DNA of 64,000 nucleotides from NCBI GenBank assembly GCA_000165345.1, contig CM000429.1, positions 128,001 to 192,000 of the forward strand, read 5' to 3'. Shown piece by piece: positions 62,201 to 64,000 of this stretch (position 1 is its first letter; each line of letters starts with the position of its first letter). The notes under the pieces were generated by a model. It saw only the letters and a program-made list of their open reading frames with translations, ran no database searches and was not told where the DNA came from. The position numbers and the translations under genes were made by a program.

Positions 62201-64000
62201 TTAATTGAATGTAAAGGATTCTGGAGAAGAGAATCATCACAATGGAGTTTTGTAACTTTAGAACGTGTACAATTCATTGGAGCTTGTAATCCTCCTACTG
62301 ATACTGGAAGACATCCTTTATCTGATCGATTCTTACGTCATTCTCCAATATTATTTGTTGATTTCCCAGGAAAAAGTTCTCTAAATCAAATATATTCAGT
62401 ATTTAATAGAGCAATTTTAAAACCATTCCCAACACTTTCTAATCATGCTGATGCATTAACTAAAGCTATGGTTGATATATATGATGCTTCAGCTAAAACT
62501 TTAACTGTTGATCTTCAACCACATTATATTTATTCTCCAAGAGAATTAACTAGATGGAAAATTTCTATTTATTCTGGACTTCATAGTTCTAAAGGATCAG
62601 GCTCAAAATCTGGATCAGGACCCTCATCACAATCTATATCTACAAATCAAGAAGCATTAAAAAGAGTCCTGGATAAATTTGGAGCAGATTCTAATCTTCA
62701 ACTTGAAGAAGAAAATGAACTTACTTTAACTCAACTTATTAGACTTGTACTCTATGAAGGTGAAAGAATATTCCAAGATAGACTTGTTGAACAAAGTGAG
62801 AAAAATTGGTCACAAGAAATGATGAATGAAATGATTATTAAACATTTCCCAAATCTATCCATTGAAAAAGATCTATATAGACCTCTATTATTTACTAATA
62901 TTGTCACTTCTATATGCAAAGAAATTCCAAGATCTATTGTTTCTGAATATTTACAAGATAGATTAACTTCTTATTATGAAGAACAAGGAACTTCAAAACT
63001 TGTTTTCTTTGATGAATTCCTTGATAATATTAATAGAGTTGATCGAGTATTAAGACAACCTTTTGGACATTTATTATTAATTGGACCTCCAGGATGTGGA
63101 AAAACACTTCTTGCTGATATGGTTTCTTGGTTAAATGGATTAAATGTATTTACTATTAAACCTGGAAGAAAATATGATATTTTTGCATTTGAAGCTGATT
63201 TAAGATCTGTTATGAAAAGAGCTGCAATTAAAGGAGAAAAATTAACTTTCATTTTTGAAGAATCACATGCTTTAGGTCCAGCTTTTATTGAAAGAATGAA
63301 TGCATTATTAGCTTCAGGAGAAGTACCAGGATTATTTGAAGGAGATGAATATAATCAACTTTTAAATGAATGTAGAACAGCATTTAGCAATAGCTCATCA
63401 GTTTCAATTTCTGATGATGGAAATGAGTTATTTGCTAGATTTACTAAACTTGTACAAGAAAATCTTCATATTGTTTTTACATTAAATCCTGCTAATCCAA
63501 ATTTCAAAGAAACACAATCTTTATCACCAGCTTTATTTAATCGTTGTGTTGTTAATTGGATGGGTCAATTAAATAATCAAGCTTTAAGTCAAATTGCAAG
63601 ATCATTCTTACATTTAGATTCACAATTAACAAAAAATGATCAAGATCAAGTACTCATACAATCTGAAGAAACTACTGAATCATCAAATCATAATCATTCT
63701 TCAATCATTTCAGCAATTGAAAGAATACCTACAAATTGTATGCCTTCAGTTGAACAACCTGAAGAAAGAGTTGCATTAACAATTGATTGTATTATTTCAT
63801 TATTTCATGCTGAAGTTGGAGAAGATGGAGGTATTAAAAAAACTTCAACATGTAATACAAATTCACAAGAACATTCAATGATGAGAAGAACTCCAAGAGA
63901 TTTCTTTGATTTCTTAAAACATATTATTAAAATATATAAAGAAAAGAATGAAACATTATTAGAACAACAACAACATTTATCTTCAGGATTAGAAACTTTA
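53234..64000 (+). CDS. Cytoplasmic dynein 1 heavy chain, N-terminal about 3589 aa (tail, linker, AAA1-AAA4 and onward); partial, continues past the window end
   Basis: ATG at 53234. The + frame shows no track-listed ORF because no stop occurs before position 64000. Hallmarks are the linker motif FYFIGDEDLLEMIGNGKD, AAA1 P-loop GPAGTGKTE, AAA2 GSTGTGKTT, AAA3 GPPGSGKTM and AAA4 GPPGCGKT. It carries poly-N and Gly-rich low-complexity insertions. It appears to be a single exon within the window. Confidence 0.9.
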   Translation, partial: MSQRAKTSLINFLLEVVPSALDCSRQQLTSLLTGKGDEQLKRFLRETDVHCLIVGKEKVMESNVGRETNSEGLNLNDTISGENRLDYNEEVVQHQVFIETFMTSRCLKASLMVFVKNPGFQVSEDGIITTSVDRGAETSESAGTDSPEDHTKTTGVVSHSKSLSSSLQCIQLGFVGSQLTPYEVLNQYLQFAFTPLLDALGNAKTTSGTIGGEIGDSVDSTESGSHLGLENIQRKVNELCLALQQGQDDSMIPMVKLNLDPKVAEYAKEYKNTGKINNMDEIIEDSTFLSSLQVSITQWIREIQSLARFQRDIGLSVTSEVKFWSSYERSLQQILKQVQSPEVEWSLSVLRQSKKFLAAISLEVDTGLKQSIEKVQNINTLIHDIPINDLLVATSIDEITSAVTLFFQQLRKIKGAASYPISRTFQLVEVYSNDMTKQMYKVLQNNPTTSLMLLEFPVFEHLVNGCNELGQVWEDEWRELKDVIRDLIKKRGLSERAHPKMDFAHVPLIQRLNDIVIFRKQHQKLKDTLLELLSIQTSASSNEQTDQNPLSALGIEQNSGIDALQSLAKKDLQQAYACVANINILDLSAIGLEAWEAGKQAYNNKVDASETLLIKQLREQLSGCGNTLEMFRILGRYNPLFFRPRIRSAVEEYQSILLEKVQSDFQLLQLRYQNPYQRSAASQFSCLRDIPNIGGMLVWSHLLQERIQSIYFKLEDIFGPNWEFESQGHKVKTDGDHITSKIHPNQIVDFWLQQRKDDKLTYDLNKPVLGLMKSGNLSTTSFILASTIDSGILSLFKDLRIIQSYAYRVPYSVKVLADELKLLYPYISHLNSLCINWMRIATQLEVEPGKRISPLLTPFRQEVYNIIQEGISLSWSSDRLEGFIRRFYDSVDTLEQKFEAVMTLDEQLSVLVSQIRNIQVSKGLGELVSHLSKIGSKCQEFQSLLLAYRIDYLFYWDQVIQSFLLPKLKEFVQLWINQFISIGGVDHEVFSQDHPILSPNNSNNNNNNNNDNPNHTILGSLSSTIITLQLKNQKITLNPSLEDVKSLWLRRFHQEITKITNLPRVTNISSIPQTSPFYNDISKAKEELATLISGKNEQIDENPVNYVNSDDIGSVKHIPLDHTYRHLFLFLPKSLLEWSYKSIDDVFSSIKVSIDYWTRFEALWFVELSSVTGKLNNLLQWQQLVKEMRNLRTTFSSNEDLRWFCSKIALDTSAIQAKIMSKYDGLAREILHLYASKLNEQLSSYWTSISTIKQTLDKLEPFLAQWLIWIDKNSSSISTLVLKSENIPTKGSVMTNLPPGGEALHSSLIDLVSKMVSAQDQDQKIGSDLPLFSDGQKFLEVQRFTFPNDWIWVEQFEGEYDKSHQRLEHCFANVIFPSRRKIENYLKLCLQLIFMSYQELLSEWTRLRGITFVKNPFLMLDQIGVIENKVNVLRQDIESFNMIFKAFKFDSSWIDTELNKVTSETFDTILRDLKDFKEIWNQLNVFFVMISEYKRMLWTEVNVKTLKTNLESLISNLKSIPVKYRQYDAFEQLQHDVEGYNKNMGYISRLKAEYMKERHWKLLLSKVIWHEKTSNSGLESSSTEGGAGMGTGAEGIQSTNQEEKSTSNIENDQSQNIQTLTSLTKTGMKNLRSSRSMKFSSMSSSSIFSMSIFSTLTLGDVWSINFDASSAIMSEILAKAQGEHGLESYIQGMKELWNGFEIEFTGLPNNPNTKVIKNWDIMLTAIDDHLSALQNMSLSPFYEIFQEESQLWTEKLTKLRFTLDLWMETQRRWIYLQGIFLASTDIANLLPQEYKRFQTVDAEVQGLLKKSQSRPKVIDLLTFEGLTKSLERISDYLNKIQKALGEYLEKQRSMFPRFYFIGDEDLLEMIGNGKDITVAQRHFNKIFAGITFLKFQDLMDENIDQNIQGKKNNGNRNNQKDEQIESMIIGMGSKEGEVIHFKDPIPILKDTSLVEWLGKVVQAMQITLNDLIGKAIEDIISNFGMSSFTEDDHILSEKLRSNFEKYPTQVLLVAWMSWWTKLTEESFSSGTSTKQLQEFIQRILSRLSDIVATLEENTCHKIKYNQLIVEFVHERDVLSHLIEQNVTSSQSFHWLQYMRMYWMSKDCQKNLKDLEMIGEFDNDIIVRTANSAFIYGYEYLGIPEKLVQTPLTDRTYLTLTQALHMRLGGNPFGPAGTGKTETVKALGNQLGRFVLVFNCDEQFDFTAMGRIFVGLCQVGAWGCFDEFNRLQARILSAVSEQILTIQTALIKNSNTVELLNKTIPMSQDVGIFVTMNPGYAGRSELPDNLKHLLREIAMVVPDRQRIAEVTLFAQGFQFGEMISRQIVTLFELCQSQMTSQPHYDFGLRSMKSVLRSAGKLKKSAISENKEALDDPQKLVILEQQLIIRSISSTLLPKLVSTDVPLLTTLFQGVFPQVPFESLNDSLMVEQVKLICKRNSLEATSQWLDKTLQLFEIQKLNHGIMLVGSTGTGKTTVRKTLLEAMDTVQGSKTISYVIDPKTIDKESLFGKLNPVTLEWTDGVFTAILRKIINSSDNNNNNNNNDQTGSGGVGGINKKYWIIFDGDVDPEWAENLNSVLDDNKLLTLPNGERLELPPWVRVVFEVHSLATATLATVSRCGMIWFNDEIISDEMYFTSFLFNKIKMGNNTINNVNTGPNSSNTGGGGGGSSKISESATSDQLGEGSDNIGNNTTGMEEFESAEGTGIEQNLETLLRNKAYSIWQSILFKDSFGSKCLSFASKRPHTMVFTRIRVLEAAFSLLNSSIKLLLDSNSTMGNGKLPPMDSLTEFFSRWLIWSLIWGFSSSMNLSDRISYTKEVISIVTFTDLPPMEDENISILDFKVVIPTGEWRKWSLECKETEDLPLNKVLDSNVIIETVDTLRHFQVLHAWLHAHLPAILCGPPGSGKTMTLSSVLRSMTDVDIVSLNFSSATTPEILLKTLEHYCEFIKAPRGWICRPMVPNKWLVVFCDECNLPEPDRYGTQRVIMFIRQLIECKGFWRRESSQWSFVTLERVQFIGACNPPTDTGRHPLSDRFLRHSPILFVDFPGKSSLNQIYSVFNRAILKPFPTLSNHADALTKAMVDIYDASAKTLTVDLQPHYIYSPRELTRWKISIYSGLHSSKGSGSKSGSGPSSQSISTNQEALKRVLDKFGADSNLQLEEENELTLTQLIRLVLYEGERIFQDRLVEQSEKNWSQEMMNEMIIKHFPNLSIEKDLYRPLLFTNIVTSICKEIPRSIVSEYLQDRLTSYYEEQGTSKLVFFDEFLDNINRVDRVLRQPFGHLLLIGPPGCGKTLLADMVSWLNGLNVFTIKPGRKYDIFAFEADLRSVMKRAAIKGEKLTFIFEESHALGPAFIERMNALLASGEVPGLFEGDEYNQLLNECRTAFSNSSSVSISDDGNELFARFTKLVQENLHIVFTLNPANPNFKETQSLSPALFNRCVVNWMGQLNNQALSQIARSFLHLDSQLTKNDQDQVLIQSEETTESSNHNHSSIISAIERIPTNCMPSVEQPEERVALTIDCIISLFHAEVGEDGGIKKTSTCNTNSQEHSMMRRTPRDFFDFLKHIIKIYKEKNETLLEQQQHLSSGLETL

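Noticed and set aside
53060-63252. Small reverse-strand and off-frame + ORFs inside the dynein heavy chain region (for example 53060..53242, 56034..56345, 56698..56892, 59474..59677, 60865..61161, 62974..63252)
   Set aside because: All are embedded in, or antisense to, the continuous dynein reading frame, which carries strong family motifs. They are chance ORFs.
1-64000. Possibility of a ciliate-type reassigned genetic code given the extreme AT-richness
   Set aside because: Multi-kilobase ORFs (7.6 kb, 4.3 kb, more than 10.7 kb) terminate cleanly at TAA/TAG/TGA under the standard code. Conserved proteins such as dynein and the ABC transporter read correctly, so the standard code is retained.

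Overview
The window is AT-rich (about 70% A+T), gene-dense, nuclear DNA from a unicellular eukaryote. It uses the standard genetic code and carries sparse short GT-AG introns of 56-244 nt, mostly with a GTAAGT donor and YAG acceptor. Intergenic regions repeatedly carry TGCATGCA-type and E2F-like motifs (GGCGGGAA, TTTGGCGCC), a pairing typical of Cryptosporidium-like apicomplexan promoters. That lineage call is an inference from the sequence, not a verified assignment. I count 21 protein-coding genes and one tRNA-Leu, with no rRNA, transposon, or CRISPR.

Five housekeeping genes are confidently identified. These are a dynamin-family GTPase, a mitochondrial carrier, UTP11, an ABCC-type full ABC transporter, and a cytoplasmic dynein heavy chain that runs off the 3' edge. 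A plant-type glutaminyl cyclase, an ASH2-like SPRY protein, a HAD-like protein, and a HOOK/CH-like coiled-coil protein are assigned with less confidence. The most unusual content is a run of lineage-specific secreted and low-complexity proteins. It includes a 2527-aa signal-peptide protein with polyproline coding minisatellites and a roughly 200-nt tandem module. Nearby are four consecutive signal-peptide proteins, one of them a Cys-rich, Thr-stalked, GPI-anchor-like surface protein with a thrice-repeated GCPCD motif, and a K/E/D-rich tandem-repeat protein.

Several gene models needed splice-aware correction because the supplied ORF track accepts GTG and TTG as starts and breaks genes at introns. 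I rebuilt upstream exons for the dynamin and the mitochondrial carrier, assembled three-exon models for the ASH2-like gene and a hypothetical gene, and found a three-exon CxxC gene that the track missed.
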